DNA from: Minisyncoccota bacterium
Lineage (GTDB): Bacteria; Patescibacteriota; Minisyncoccia; Minisyncoccales; RBG-13-42-11
Length of the DNA stretch: 64,000 bases
Reading direction: 5' to 3'
Assembly (NCBI GenBank): GCA_028712445.1
Contig: JAQTPY010000001.1
Coordinates: 120,290-184,289, forward strand
This document shows, in pieces, positions 23,792-34,043 of this stretch. A program made the translations under genes and the position numbers. The notes beneath the pieces were generated by a model, which saw only the letters and a list, made by a program, of their open reading frames with translations, was not told the DNA's origin and made no database searches. How positions within the stretch are numbered: the stretch's first letter is position 1; each line of letters begins with the position of its first letter.

Positions 23792-25726
23792 TCAAATCTG
23801 TTTCAATTTCAATTTGGCAATTTTTACAGATTTTCTGATGATTCTGACTGGCACCTCGACAGCGGTTTTTTCCTTTGCTTGTCCAGGGTTCCGCTTTCGG
23901 GACGAGGAAGAGGTTCTGATCATTTCTTCAAACTCCTCCCGCTCTATTACTTCTTTTTCAATTAACCTTAAAGCAATTTTTGTTAAAATGTTTCCTTTCT
24001 TGACCAGAATTTTTTCAGCTCTTTTTTCAGCTTCTTTGATGAATTTTTCCACCTCTCCGTCTATCTGGGCCGCCACTTTTTCTGAATAATTCCTCTGTTC
24101 GGAGATTTCTTTTCCCAAGAATACCATTTCTTCTTTCTCTCCATAAGATACGGGCCCCAAAGAAGACATCCCATATTCTTTTACCAGTTTTCTGGCTAAT
24201 TGTGAAGCTTTTTCCAGATCATTTGAAGCTCCGGTGGTAATTTCCTTGAATTTTATTCTTTCGGCAATATATCCTCCGAGCAAAGTAGCCATTTCTCCTA
24301 AAAATTCAGACTTGGCTTTAATGCTCTTTTCTTCCCTAGGCATTTTAATAGTATAACCTGCGGCAAATCCCCTGGAAACTATTGATATTTTTCTCACTGG
24401 CTCTGCCTCAGGCACAAAGGTGGAAACCACGGCGTGACCGGCTTCGTGATAAGCTGCTATCTCCTTTTCTTTTTTGGATAAAATATGGCTTTTCCTTTCA
24501 GGACCCAAAAGCACTTTTTCTATTGATTCCAATAATTCAGCCTGGAAAACCTGGTGCTTATTTCTTCTGGCAGCCAGAATAGCAGCTTCATTAACTACAT
24601 TAGCCAAATCAGCGCCTGAAAATCCAGGTGTTCTTTCAGCTATTTCCCTTATTTCTATATCTGAGGCCAGAGGTTTTCCCTTGCAATGGATTTTTAATAT
24701 CTCTTCTCTTTCATTGACGTCTGGAAGATCTAAAATTACTCTTCGATCAAATCTTCCCGGCCTTAGTAGCGCAGGGTCTAAAACATCAGGTCTGTTGGTG
24801 GCAGCAGTGACGATTACATTAGTGTCTCTTTCAAAACCATCCATTTCCACTAAAATTTGGTTCAATGTCTGCTCTCTTTCATCATGCCCTCCTCCCAAAC
24901 CTGCTCCTCTGTGGCGGCCTATGGCGTCGAGTTCGTCAATGAAGATTATGGCGGGAGCCGCTTTTTTGGCTGTATTAAAAAGATCTCTTACCCTGCCTGC
25001 TCCAACTCCGACAAACATTTCAACAAATTCGGATCCTGAAATGTGGAAGAAAGGAACGTGGGCCTCTCCTGCCACCGCTCTGGCCAACAATGTCTTTCCT
25101 GTTCCCGGGGGACCCATCATTAAAAGTCCTCTCGGTATCCTTGCTCCCATTTGAAGGAATTTGGCGGGATTTTTCAAGAAATCAACGATTTCCATGAGCT
25201 CCGATTTGGCTTCCTGCGAACCGGCAACGTCTTTGAATGTGATTCTTTCTTTAGTGTGCCCCTCGGCTCCAAAAAGTCTGGCTTTAGCTTTAGTAAAATC
25301 AAAAGCTTGCATGGCCCCTGTTTTGGCTTGGCGGAAAATCAGGAAGAAGAAACCGGCTATAGCTAAAATTGGAAGCAGGGACAACAATAAAGGCCAAAGC
25401 CAGGAACCTGTTCCGTTTGCTTCCTGGGTTTCCACTTCCACTCCCTTTAGTTTTTGCTGATCTGCCCCATAGTTGATTAAAGATTGGGAAAGAGCGCTGT
25501 CAGTTTCTTTTCTCGAAACGGCTTTGGTTTCATCCTGGTATAAAATCTGGAGGTCGTCGCCCTGGATTGATATCTTTTTAATCTTTCCTCCATTGATATC
25601 ATCTACCAGTTGGGTTAAGGAAATCTTATTTTCTTTTTCAAAGGGACTTGAAATAAATGTAAAGACAGTTGAAATTAATAAAAACAGCAGAATGATTGTA
25701 AGAAAATTCCTAAACAAATTTTTCAT
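23792..25726 (-). CDS. ftsH: ATP-dependent zinc metalloprotease FtsH
   Basis: 644 aa. Two TM helices. AAA+ motifs [16 protein letters not shown] and SRH. Zn site HEAGHAV. Confidence 0.95.
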   Translation of the reverse strand: MKNLFRNFLTIILLFLLISTVFTFISSPFEKENKISLTQLVDDINGGKIKKISIQGDDLQILYQDETKAVSRKETDSALSQSLINYGADQQKLKGVEVETQEANGTGSWLWPLLLSLLPILAIAGFFFLIFRQAKTGAMQAFDFTKAKARLFGAEGHTKERITFKDVAGSQEAKSELMEIVDFLKNPAKFLQMGARIPRGLLMMGPPGTGKTLLARAVAGEAHVPFFHISGSEFVEMFVGVGAGRVRDLFNTAKKAAPAIIFIDELDAIGRHRGAGLGGGHDEREQTLNQILVEMDGFERDTNVIVTAATNRPDVLDPALLRPGRFDRRVILDLPDVNEREEILKIHCKGKPLASDIEIREIAERTPGFSGADLANVVNEAAILAARRNKHQVFQAELLESIEKVLLGPERKSHILSKKEKEIAAYHEAGHAVVSTFVPEAEPVRKISIVSRGFAAGYTIKMPREEKSIKAKSEFLGEMATLLGGYIAERIKFKEITTGASNDLEKASQLARKLVKEYGMSSLGPVSYGEKEEMVFLGKEISEQRNYSEKVAAQIDGEVEKFIKEAEKRAEKILVKKGNILTKIALRLIEKEVIEREEFEEMIRTSSSSRKRNPGQAKEKTAVEVPVRIIRKSVKIAKLKLKQI

Positions 25727-25804
25727 TAGGTTTTTGTTGAAAATTAACGTTCAATATATCTTAAGAATACCAGAAAAAATAGTCTAAATCAAGATAAAAA
25801 ATGA

Positions 25805-25832
25805 GCCCCTGTTAGCGTGAGCCAACAGGGGC
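25805..25832 (-). terminator. Rho-independent terminator of the 25856-26878 gene
   Basis: 9-bp stem GCCCCTGTT/AACAGGGGC, followed on the minus strand by TCATTTTTTATC. Confidence 0.7.
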
Positions 25833-25855
25833 GAATTGTCTTTCGACAATCCTTG

Positions 25856-26878
25856 TTATTTCTTCCTCCAGCCATCTACCATGGCCTTAGGAATACTTGA
25901 AAGAGCTCTGCAGGTTGCGTCTGCTATTCCCCTTGGATCTTGTTTTGTGAATTCCTCTTTTGTAAGGGGGAAAGCTTTGCTGCCGCAAAGGATCAGGCCG
26001 AAGGATTTATGGAGGAACCAGCCAGGGATTCCCTCTATGGTATTCTTAATCCTTAGGTTTTTGCCGTTGATGGGGATTCTGCGGATACTGGCCTCCCGAC
26101 TTCTCAGAGTTGCTGCCACCACATCGAGCCCGAGCTTTCCATTCAACTTTCGATTCCGTTGAATTACTACATAAAATTTGCCTGCTCCCCTTGCCTCTGT
26201 TCCAACCATAACGTCAATTCCCGTCTCAAATGCTGCCTCCCTAAGGTTAAGTTTCCAGAAAAGGGAGGCGACTCTCAGGCCATTGGGGAGAAGTCGGATT
26301 TCAGCTGACCTCCTGAACTCTGCTCGGCTTCTTATTCTCTGCTCCTCTTGGTTAAAGACGATATCGAAGAGTTCAAATACGCGTTCTTGTATTTTCTCCC
26401 AGTCCGGTCCTCTTTCGGTTTTATATTCCTTTTTCCGCGGAAGACCTTCAATTATGTAATGGATTGACGTGGCAGGCAATACTCCGATGTTGTCTACTGT
26501 ATTTGTCAACTCGACGAGAGATGTTAATCCTGGCCATTTGGTCAGCCACCCCATTTTATCGACAAAGAGAGCAAAACTGCTTCTTTTGTCGTTCTCGTCA
26601 TTATGGTTATCATATTCTCCACCGCCGGTGTCGAAGTGAAGGACCGACTCATCGTCATCGGTTTCCAGCGATTCACCCGCTCTGACAAAGACAATTTCCG
26701 CTTCCTGGGCTTTTTCGATGAATTTCTTTGCTGCCCAGAGACAGGCCCAAACATCGGTGTCCGGGAAAGTATGACCCACCAGTTTTTTGATTGATGGCTG
26801 AGACTGACCTAATGCCGCTTCAACGATTCTGTTCACCAAATCCATTTCCCTTCTTGGATCCATTTTTATTGTGGACAT
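25856..26878 (-). CDS. Hypothetical protein with DHH/MYG1-like metal-binding motifs (putative phosphoesterase/nuclease)
   Basis: The track ORF starts at 26887, but AAGGAGG abuts that ATG. The second ATG (26878) has a 9-nt spacing. Motifs GHTFPDTD and HFDTGGGEYDNH resemble DHH / UPF0160 motifs I-III. The rest of the protein is unrecognised. Confidence 0.4.
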   Translation of the reverse strand: MSTIKMDPRREMDLVNRIVEAALGQSQPSIKKLVGHTFPDTDVWACLWAAKKFIEKAQEAEIVFVRAGESLETDDDESVLHFDTGGGEYDNHNDENDKRSSFALFVDKMGWLTKWPGLTSLVELTNTVDNIGVLPATSIHYIIEGLPRKKEYKTERGPDWEKIQERVFELFDIVFNQEEQRIRSRAEFRRSAEIRLLPNGLRVASLFWKLNLREAAFETGIDVMVGTEARGAGKFYVVIQRNRKLNGKLGLDVVAATLRSREASIRRIPINGKNLRIKNTIEGIPGWFLHKSFGLILCGSKAFPLTKEEFTKQDPRGIADATCRALSSIPKAMVDGWRKK

Positions 26879-26930
26879 TTCGTCCATCCTCCTTGTAAAA
26901 ATACTCGTGATTCCTGATCACGGTAATTAA

Positions 26931-26959
26931 TTTATATCATAATTAATAGATTTTGTCAA
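26931..26959 (-). promoter_or_regulatory. Sigma70-type promoter of the DHH-like gene, followed by a palindromic operator-like site
   Basis: Minus strand: TTGACA (26959-26954), 17-nt spacer, TATAAA (26936-26931). The palindrome CGTGAT-N5-ATCACG (26906-26922) lies between the -10 box and the SD. Confidence 0.55.
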
Positions 26960-26961
26960 CT

Positions 26962-26993
26962 GTAAACCAAAACGGCTATATATCATTAGCCGT
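26962..26993 (-). terminator. Rho-independent terminator of rpsA
   Basis: Minus strand: ACGGCTA-atgatata-TAGCCGT followed by TTTTGGTTT. Located 28 nt after the rpsA stop. Confidence 0.65.
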
Positions 26994-27020
26994 TAGAAAT
27001 ATTGAAAATAATTTTTTGAA

Positions 27021-28088
27021 TTACTTTTCTTCGGTTGCCAGTTTCAGACTCATTCTGTGCTCAGCAGGTTCAAGAGAAATAATTTTAAAGTCATATTCCT
27101 TTCCTATTTCCAAAGATGATTCCATTTTGGCCTTGGTTCCGAATTCTGAAATGTGGCAGAGCCCTTGAATTTTGGGAGCAATCTGGATGAAGGCGCCGTA
27201 AGGATTGAATTTGGTGACTTTTCCTTTGACAGTGTCACCCTTCTTGTACTTTTCTTCAATCCCTGCCCAGGGATCTTTTTTTAAGGATTTTAAGGAAAGA
27301 GAGACCTTATCGTCAACGATTGAAATTATTTTAGCTTTTACTTTGTCTCCCAGTTTTACTATATCAGTGGGATTCTCAATAAGCTGCCAGTCAAGTTCAG
27401 AAATATGGATTAAACCTTCCAGTTCCTCTTCTTTTTTTCCAAACTTCATAAAGACTCCAAAATCAGTTATGCCGGTTATCTCCCCCTCAATCACATCGCC
27501 CACTTTATATTCTTCAAGGATTTTCCTTATCTTTTCTGATTCTTTTGCTCTTTCAGACAATATGAGCTTATTCTCTCTCGGGTCCAAATCAAATATTTTA
27601 ACCTCAAGGTCTTTCCCGACAAAGTTCTGCAGTTTACTTAATATTTTAGCTGATTCAGCTCCTTCTACCCGTGGATAATGCTCGGGAGCGAGCTGGGAAA
27701 CAGGCAGGAAGGCCTGGATTCCCGAAACTTCAGCCAAAAGTCCGCCTTTGTTGGCGCCTACAATTTTAACTGAAAGTTTTTCTCCCTTTTCTTTCTTTTC
27801 TTTTAGATTGTCCCAGGTAAGCTCGTTCGAAGCCTGATTCAAAGAAAGCTCAATGTAACCTTCGTCATTCTCGAGGTCAACAACTTTTGCAAAAACGCTG
27901 TCCCCTTCATTCAGCTTCTTTAAATTTTCCTTGGCATCCTGGTATTCTTTGCCGTAGATTATCCCGGTTCCATAAATGCCTAAGTCAAGATAGAGAGCAG
28001 ATCTCCCTTTGCCGACAACCTTCCCTTCCACGATTTTTCCCGTCTGGAGGGGCTTTAATAAATTACTTTTTTCTGCAACGTCTTTCAT
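27021..28088 (-). CDS. rpsA: 30S ribosomal protein S1 (four S1 domains)
   Basis: Repeated S1 motifs (G..V.G.V......G.f.....G..G..H.SE). The track start at 28154 adds an implausible hydrophobic leader, so ATG 28088 (MKDVAEKS) is preferred. Confidence 0.8.
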   Translation of the reverse strand: MKDVAEKSNLLKPLQTGKIVEGKVVGKGRSALYLDLGIYGTGIIYGKEYQDAKENLKKLNEGDSVFAKVVDLENDEGYIELSLNQASNELTWDNLKEKKEKGEKLSVKIVGANKGGLLAEVSGIQAFLPVSQLAPEHYPRVEGAESAKILSKLQNFVGKDLEVKIFDLDPRENKLILSERAKESEKIRKILEEYKVGDVIEGEITGITDFGVFMKFGKKEEELEGLIHISELDWQLIENPTDIVKLGDKVKAKIISIVDDKVSLSLKSLKKDPWAGIEEKYKKGDTVKGKVTKFNPYGAFIQIAPKIQGLCHISEFGTKAKMESSLEIGKEYDFKIISLEPAEHRMSLKLATEEK

Positions 28089-28322
28089 GAATTCTAATGT
28101 ATCATAAGTTGAATATTTTTTCAATAATACACAAAATAAACAGTTGATAGCCAAAGTCGTTTATGGTAAAATTATATAAGCTATATCACTCGGAATCCCA
28201 ATTCGGAGATGGGTCGGAAGAACTTATCAGTTCTTCCGATTAGGAAAACAGCCCGCAGGCGTTAGAAACCGCGGGTTTCTAAAGAGTGAGCATTAGCGAA
28301 CGATAAAACTTGAATTACCACT

Positions 28323-28982
28323 ATGAACATTACATGGCACGGTCAGTCGTGTTTTCAAATTGTTTCGAGTCAGGGCAAAGATAGCGCAGTAAGGATAGTT
28401 ATTGATCCTTTTGATCAGACTTTGGGGCTCAAGGTTCCAAAACTTGAAGCAGATATTTTGCTTGTCACTCATTCTCATCACGATCACAACAACGTTAAAG
28501 CTGTTTCCGGCAATCCTTTTGTAATCGATATGCCTGGCGAGTTTGAAATAAAAGGAGCTTTTGTTCAAGGAATACCCTCATTTCATGATTCAAAATCAGG
28601 GACAGAGAGAGGACTAAACACCATTTACGTAATTGAAACTGAAGACATGAGAATCTGTCACTTGGGGGATTTGGGCCAGAAAGAATTGACTTCAGAACAA
28701 ATAGAAGAAATAGGAGACATAGACGTTTTAATGGTGCCTGTCGGAGGAGTTTTTACTCTTGAAGTTGCAGATGCAGTAAAAGTAATATCTCAGATTGAGC
28801 CCTCGATCACCATTCCCATGCACTACGACCTGCCGGGCTTGAAAACCTCTTCAAAACTTGAAGGAGCAGAAAAGTTTTTAAAGTCTATGGGCGTGAAATC
28901 AGGAGAAACTTTGCCTAAGCTTTCTGTAAAAAAGAAAGACATATCTGCCGAGGAGGCAAAGATAATAGTTTTGAGCAATTAG
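28323..28982 (+). CDS. MBL-fold metal-dependent hydrolase (UPF0173-like)
   Basis: 219 aa. HxHxDH motif (THSHHDHNN), later His/Asp ligands, and a length typical of stand-alone beta-lactamase-fold hydrolases. Confidence 0.75.
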   Translation: MNITWHGQSCFQIVSSQGKDSAVRIVIDPFDQTLGLKVPKLEADILLVTHSHHDHNNVKAVSGNPFVIDMPGEFEIKGAFVQGIPSFHDSKSGTERGLNTIYVIETEDMRICHLGDLGQKELTSEQIEEIGDIDVLMVPVGGVFTLEVADAVKVISQIEPSITIPMHYDLPGLKTSSKLEGAEKFLKSMGVKSGETLPKLSVKKKDISAEEAKIIVLSN

Positions 28983-28991
28983 TTTAAAAAA

Positions 28992-31493
28992 ATGGAAGAG
29001 AAAAAGAATCCGCCTGCGGGCGGAAAGAACAACAATCCAATAGGCCAGATCAAGGCAAGAGAGATTGTCGAGGAAATGCAGGAGTCATACATTGATTATG
29101 CGATGTCTGTTATCGTTGCCCGCGCCTTGCCCGACGTCAGAGACGGGTTAAAACCCGTTCATCGCAGAATTTTATATACAATGCTTGAGGAGGGTTTGAA
29201 GCATTCTGCCAAATACAGAAAATCAGCTACCGTTGTCGGAAGCTGTCTTGGACGATACCATCCGCATGGAGATATGGCGGTTTATGATTCTTTGACCAGA
29301 ATGGCTCAGGATTTCTCTTTGCGTTATCCTTTGGTTGATGGCCAAGGGAACTGGGGATCAATTGACGGAGATGGGGCAGCAGCCATGAGATATACGGAAT
29401 GTCGTCTCTCAAAAGAAGGAGAGGAAATGTTAAGAGACATTGACAGCGACACGGTCAATTTCATTGAAAACTTTGACGGGACAAGGAAAGAGCCCACGGT
29501 TCTTCCTTCTCCTCTTCCCCAACTTTTATTAAACGGCTCTTTGGGAATTGCCGTCGGAATGATGACGAACATCCCTACTCACAACCTTTCTGAAGTTTGC
29601 GATGCTTTGATTTATTCGCTTGAAAATCCTAAAGCTGAGACAGAAGACTTTTTTAAATTCATTCAGGGGCCTGATTTCCCGACAGGAGGCATAATTTATA
29701 ATCAGAAAGAAATAATTCAGGCTTATTCTCAGGGCAAGGGGCCCATTGTCACCAGAGGCAAGGCAGAAATTCAAGAACAGGAGAAGTCGGGCAAATTGAG
29801 AATCATAATTTCTGAAATTCCTTTTCAGGTGCAGAAATCAACCTTAATTGAGCAGTTTGCTAATTTGGTTCAGGAAAAGAAGATAGACGGAATCAAAGAC
29901 ATCAGAGACGAATCAGACAAAGACGGAATGAGAATCGTCATTGAACTTTCTAAAGATGCTTATCCTCAAAAAGTTTTAAATCGTTTGTATAAATTTACTG
30001 ATCTTCAAAGAACTTTTCATTTGAACATGCTGGCTTTGGTTGACGGCATTCAGCCCAGAGTTTTGAATCTGGCTGAGATGCTTTCATATTTTATTTCCCA
30101 CAGGGTAGAAGTTATCACGAGGAGAATCCAGTATGATTTGATGAAGGCCAAGGAAAGAGCCCATATTTTAGAGGGTTTGCACAAGTGCCTAGCCAACATC
30201 GACGAAGTAATCAGGATAATCAAAAAATCAGAAAGCAGAGAAGATGCTCAGAAGAATTTAATGAAGCGCTTCGGTTTGACTGAGATTCAGGCCAATGCCA
30301 TTCTTGAGACGAAATTGGCAGCCCTAGCCAAACTCGAGAGAGAGAAGATAGAAAACGAATTAAAGGAACTTCAGGAAAAGATCAAAGAATTAACAGCCAT
30401 TTTAAAGAGTCCTCAAAAGATAAGGGGTGTGGTCAAAAAAGAATTGGTTGAGCTGAAAGCTAACTTTGGAGATGAAAGGAAGACCAAAGTTCATGTCCAG
30501 GGAATAGGAGAGATTGCCGAAGAAGACCTTATTCCTCAAGAGGAAACGATAATCACTTTGACTCATGGAGGATATATCAAAAGGATTAATCCCAAAACCT
30601 ATAAGATTCAAAAGAGGGGCGGCAAGGGAATTTGCGGAATGAAGACCATGCAGGACGATATTGTTGAGCACTTCTTATCAGCCCAGACCCATGACTCCCT
30701 GCTCTTTTTTACCGATTCAGGCAAGGTTTTCAGGACGCCTGTTTATGAGATTCCTGAGGGCCAGAGAGTGGCCAGAGGACGCGGCTTGTTAAACTTCCTG
30801 GAAATGACTCCTGAAGACAAAGTTTTATCTTTGAGGACTTTGAGCAAAAAAGATGAGGAGGAAGGAATTAAATATCTGGTTATGGCAACCAAAAATGGTA
30901 TAATCAAGAAAACTCCTTTGGAAGATTTTGAAAATATCAGAAGATCAGGCCTCATTGCCATTACCTTAAAGAAGGGCGATGAAGTGTGCAATGTTCAGAA
31001 AACCACGGGTAACGACGATATTGTGCTTGTAACCAAAAAAGGCCAGTCAATCCGCTTTAAAGAAAAGGATTTAAGACCCATGGGAAGGCAGGCAGCCGGT
31101 ATAAGAGGAATAAGGCTAAAGAAGGGCGATGAAGTGATTTCTCTTGATGTTGTCAGGGCAGCCAAGGAGGCTGAAAAAGGGCAGAAGAAAGAAATTTATC
31201 TCTTGGTTGTTTCTGAAAACGGCTTTGGGAAAAGAACGGATGTCAAAGAATACAAGGTCCAGGGAAGAGGAGGATCCGGAATTAAAACTTCAAACATCAC
31301 TCCTAAAACCGGAGACCTGGCTGGAGCATCAATTTTGACAGGAGAAGAGGAAGACTTGATCGTTATTTCAAGAAAGGGGCAGGTGATCAGGACTCAAATT
31401 TCCCAGATTGCCAAGCTCAATCGTTCAACCCAGGGAGTCAGATTAATGAGACTTGATTCTGGAGACAAAGTAGCGTCATCTATTACCATGTAA
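28992..31493 (+). CDS. gyrA: DNA gyrase subunit A
   Basis: 833 aa. DGLKPVHRR, the active-site region AAMRYTE, GyrA-box-like QGRGG and C-terminal beta-pinwheel repeats. Confidence 0.95.
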   Translation: MEEKKNPPAGGKNNNPIGQIKAREIVEEMQESYIDYAMSVIVARALPDVRDGLKPVHRRILYTMLEEGLKHSAKYRKSATVVGSCLGRYHPHGDMAVYDSLTRMAQDFSLRYPLVDGQGNWGSIDGDGAAAMRYTECRLSKEGEEMLRDIDSDTVNFIENFDGTRKEPTVLPSPLPQLLLNGSLGIAVGMMTNIPTHNLSEVCDALIYSLENPKAETEDFFKFIQGPDFPTGGIIYNQKEIIQAYSQGKGPIVTRGKAEIQEQEKSGKLRIIISEIPFQVQKSTLIEQFANLVQEKKIDGIKDIRDESDKDGMRIVIELSKDAYPQKVLNRLYKFTDLQRTFHLNMLALVDGIQPRVLNLAEMLSYFISHRVEVITRRIQYDLMKAKERAHILEGLHKCLANIDEVIRIIKKSESREDAQKNLMKRFGLTEIQANAILETKLAALAKLEREKIENELKELQEKIKELTAILKSPQKIRGVVKKELVELKANFGDERKTKVHVQGIGEIAEEDLIPQEETIITLTHGGYIKRINPKTYKIQKRGGKGICGMKTMQDDIVEHFLSAQTHDSLLFFTDSGKVFRTPVYEIPEGQRVARGRGLLNFLEMTPEDKVLSLRTLSKKDEEEGIKYLVMATKNGIIKKTPLEDFENIRRSGLIAITLKKGDEVCNVQKTTGNDDIVLVTKKGQSIRFKEKDLRPMGRQAAGIRGIRLKKGDEVISLDVVRAAKEAEKGQKKEIYLLVVSENGFGKRTDVKEYKVQGRGGSGIKTSNITPKTGDLAGASILTGEEEDLIVISRKGQVIRTQISQIAKLNRSTQGVRLMRLDSGDKVASSITM

Positions 31494-31494
31494 T

Positions 31495-32010
31495 ATGGAA
31501 GGATTTTTAAACCCAAACGAAATTTTAAAGCAGGTGGATCTTAAGGAAAGCCAGCGCGCAGCTGATTTTGGCGCGGGCTCTGGCGGCTGGGTAATCCCTT
31601 TAGCTAAAAAACTGGAAGACGGAAAAGTTTTTGCATTGGATATTTTAGAGGAACCTTTGTCTGCCTTGAAAGCTAAAATGAAACTGGAAAAAGTTTCTAA
31701 TATCGAGACGATTGTGGCAGACATTGAAAAAGGAACCAGAATTTTAAGCGAAACTCTGGATTTGGTCTTAATGACCAATCTTTTATTTGAATGCCAGGAT
31801 AAGAAATCTGTCCTTTCTGAAGGAAAGAGGGTTTTAAGGAACGGAGGGAAGATTTTGATTATAGACTGGAAAAAAGAGTCTCTTTTTGGCCCCAAGGGGG
31901 AAAGAGTTTCAACAGAAGACTTAAAGAGAATGACCCAGGAGCTGGGAATGGCTGTGGAAAAGGAGTTTGACGCCGGGGCCTACCATTATGGCCTGATTTT
32001 GGTAAAATAA
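31495..32010 (+). CDS. Class I SAM-dependent methyltransferase
   Basis: 171 aa. Motif I DFGAGSGGW and motif post-I ALDI. Starts 1 nt after the gyrA stop. Confidence 0.75.
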   Translation: MEGFLNPNEILKQVDLKESQRAADFGAGSGGWVIPLAKKLEDGKVFALDILEEPLSALKAKMKLEKVSNIETIVADIEKGTRILSETLDLVLMTNLLFECQDKKSVLSEGKRVLRNGGKILIIDWKKESLFGPKGERVSTEDLKRMTQELGMAVEKEFDAGAYHYGLILVK

Positions 32011-32031
32011 TTTAATCTTGAATTTTTAAAC

Positions 32032-32472
32032 ATGTCTAGATTATTTTTAATCGGATTAGCGGCTGTTATTGTTTTTTTTGCTTTTCCTCCCTTGCGGGCC
32101 AATGCTGATTGTTCTGTAGCTGGAGAGGGCTGCGATGATTTTATCGGCGAAAGCTGTTGCAACGGTTATACTTGCGGCCCTGGCAATATTTGCGTAGCAA
32201 AGAATAGCGCAGAAGGCATTCAAAATCCTTTAAAATGGGATAATTTTGATCAGTTGGTTGATGCCATCCTTAGGTTCCTTTTGATAGCAGGTTTTGTGAT
32301 CGCCCCCATACTCTTCGGGGTGGCGGGTGTAATGATTGTGACATCGAGCGGGAATGAAAAGCAGGTGACTCAGGCAAGGAATATTATAATTTATACAGCC
32401 ATAGGATTAACAGTGATTCTTTTAGCTAAAGCTCTGGTATCTGTAATAGAAAAGGCAATAGGTGTAGAATGA
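32032..32472 (+). CDS. TrbC/VirB2-like (T4SS-pilin-like) protein with a knottin-like Cys-rich head
   Basis: 146 aa. Signal peptide (..LRANA). Head is DCSVAGEGCDDFIGESCCNGYTCGPGNICV. Two hydrophobic helices are separated by SSGNEKQVTQARN. Confidence 0.55.
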   Translation: MSRLFLIGLAAVIVFFAFPPLRANADCSVAGEGCDDFIGESCCNGYTCGPGNICVAKNSAEGIQNPLKWDNFDQLVDAILRFLLIAGFVIAPILFGVAGVMIVTSSGNEKQVTQARNIIIYTAIGLTVILLAKALVSVIEKAIGVE

Positions 32473-32589
32473 TAATATAAAAATTGTGCAAAGGTCGAGT
32501 ATCTTTCAGAAATAAAATATGAAAATCAAGAAAAAATTATAAGAATCCCCGCTTTCAGCGGAAAATCTTGTAAATTTTTTCAAAAAACC

Positions 32590-33018
32590 ATGAAAAAATT
32601 ATTAGCTTCATTATTCTTATTAAGCTTTGTTGCAGTATTGATTTTTCCGCTGGTCGCCAGCGCTGATGTTAGTGTTCCTACTCCAAATTCATGCAAAATG
32701 AAAAGGACGGTGACAATAGGTGGGGGTGATGGTGCCGGTGGCGTAACCTGCACGAACGGCACATCCTATGCGATTGACGGAGACAAATCGATCTGTTGCG
32801 TAATGAACACAATCTATAATTTCACTGATTGGTTCTTCGTTATTCTGGTAGGAATAGCCACCATCTTTATTATCGTAGGAGCCATGAACATTATCTTTGG
32901 CGCAGGGTCTGGGAAGATGGATTCTGGCAGAAATTACATAATGTATGCCGCTATCGGTTTGGCAGTAGCCTTCATAGCAAGAGCTATCCCCGGACTGATC
33001 GTCAGAATAATTCAGTAA
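32590..33018 (+). CDS. TrbC/VirB2-like (T4SS-pilin-like) protein, second tandem paralogue
   Basis: 142 aa. Signal peptide (..LVASA). Cys-containing head (C..TC..ICC). Two hydrophobic helices are separated by GAGSGKMDSGRN. Confidence 0.55.
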   Translation: MKKLLASLFLLSFVAVLIFPLVASADVSVPTPNSCKMKRTVTIGGGDGAGGVTCTNGTSYAIDGDKSICCVMNTIYNFTDWFFVILVGIATIFIIVGAMNIIFGAGSGKMDSGRNYIMYAAIGLAVAFIARAIPGLIVRIIQ

Positions 33019-33066
33019 TGTCTTGTTTGGTAATTAAATCAGCCTTGTTTGGGAAACCAAGCGGGG

Positions 33067-33095
33067 TTGATTTTTTTTGAAAAAATCGTTAAAAT
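33067..33095 (+). promoter_or_regulatory. Sigma70-type promoter for tRNA-Leu(UAG)
   Basis: TTGATT (33067-33072), 17-nt spacer, TAAAAT (33090-33095). The tRNA starts at 33104. Confidence 0.6.
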
Positions 33096-33103
33096 TTAGA
33101 TGC

Positions 33104-33186
33104 GCGGACGTGGTGAAACTGGCAGACACGTAGGATTTAGGATCCTATGCCTTAAAGGCGTGTGGGTTCGATTCCCTCCGTCCGCA
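33104..33186 (+). tRNA. tRNA-Leu(UAG)
   Basis: Acceptor GCGGACG/CGTCCGC, anticodon stem TAGGA/TCCTA, loop TTTAGGA, long variable arm, T arm GTGGG-TTCGATT-CCCTC (one mismatch in this T stem). Confidence 0.8.
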
Positions 33187-33215
33187 CAGTTATTATATTT
33201 GTCTTGGGAAACAAA

Positions 33216-33241
33216 ATCTCCCCCGATAGGGGGAGATTTTT
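33216..33241. terminator. Bidirectional rho-independent terminator
   Basis: AAAATCTCCCCC-gata-GGGGGAGATTTTT, between tRNA-Leu (+) and the hsp20 gene (-). Confidence 0.75.
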
Positions 33242-33278
33242 AATTGCAGAATATTTTATTTCAAAGCAGCAATCCTGC

Positions 33279-33995
33279 TTAACTTGTGACAACGATTTTC
33301 CTTTTCTTTTCTCTTAAAATCTTTGGCATTCTGATCGTCAGGATTCCATCCTGCATTTTGGCTCTGACTTTGTCAGGATCAATTTCTGAAGGAAGTATAA
33401 TTTCTCTTGAAAAAGCTCCCCAATAGCATTCCTGCGCAAAATAGTCTCCGTTTTCCTGATGAGGATTTTCTCTCCTTCCTTTAATGGACATAACATCTCT
33501 TTCTAGGGAAATGTCCAGGTTTTCCATTCTTACTCCGGCAATTGCAGATTGAACTATTAATTCGTTGGTTGTTTGGAAAATATCAATAGCCAATTGCCCT
33601 TCGGGTTCAAACCAGTTTTTATCTTCAGAGGAATGGCTTACTTTAATTAAATTCTCAGAAGAATCTTCAACGGAGGGTTCGGCAACTTCAATTTCTATTG
33701 ATTTTTTCTCATCATCATTTTCTTCAGGAGTTTCTTCTTCTGGTTCCTCTGGTTCTTCGGGCTCTTCTGATTCTTCTGGCTTTTCCTCTGTTTTTGTTGG
33801 TTCTTCTAAAACAGGTTCAATTTTTTTAACCTTCAGGACCCTTTTCTTTTTGGCCTGCTTCTTTTCTGTAATTTTATTTTTTGTTTCCTCGTCCTCTTCG
33901 GCTTCGATCTCAGGGAGAGGATCTTCCATTTTTGGCTCTTCTGTCATCTCCTCTACTCCCATGCCCTTTTTAAGTTTTTCAAAAAAAGATACCAT
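33279..33995 (-). CDS. Hsp20/alpha-crystallin small heat-shock protein with a long acidic/Lys-rich N-terminal extension
   Basis: 238 aa. C-terminal alpha-crystallin pattern (QLAIDIFQT..ELIVQSAIAGV....L.ISLE.DV..I.G.R......F.R.I.LP..ID.DK..A....GIL.I..PK). PEEPEEPEE repeats in the N-terminal half. Confidence 0.8.
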   Translation of the reverse strand: MVSFFEKLKKGMGVEEMTEEPKMEDPLPEIEAEEDEETKNKITEKKQAKKKRVLKVKKIEPVLEEPTKTEEKPEESEEPEEPEEPEEETPEENDDEKKSIEIEVAEPSVEDSSENLIKVSHSSEDKNWFEPEGQLAIDIFQTTNELIVQSAIAGVRMENLDISLERDVMSIKGRRENPHQENGDYFAQECYWGAFSREIILPSEIDPDKVRAKMQDGILTIRMPKILREKKRKIVVTS

Positions 33996-34043
33996 GTTTT
34001 AATTTAATAATTTTTATTAAGAATTAATTTTTATTTAAAGCAA

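Noticed and set aside
23778-25787. Several plus-strand ORFs (e.g. 24474-25154, 226 aa; 25473-25787) opposite ftsH.
   Set aside because: They are antisense to a strongly recognisable, full-length FtsH. Their products are low-complexity Ser/Leu/Pro-rich sequences typical of shadow ORFs. The same reasoning applies to shadow ORFs opposite valS, recG, gyrA, rpsA, pilB and htrA.
28155-28322. The divergent intergenic region next to gyrA, as a replication origin.
   Set aside because: I found no DnaA-box-like 9-mers in it. Its inverted repeats are better explained as RNA or operator structures, which I report as a low-interest finding instead.
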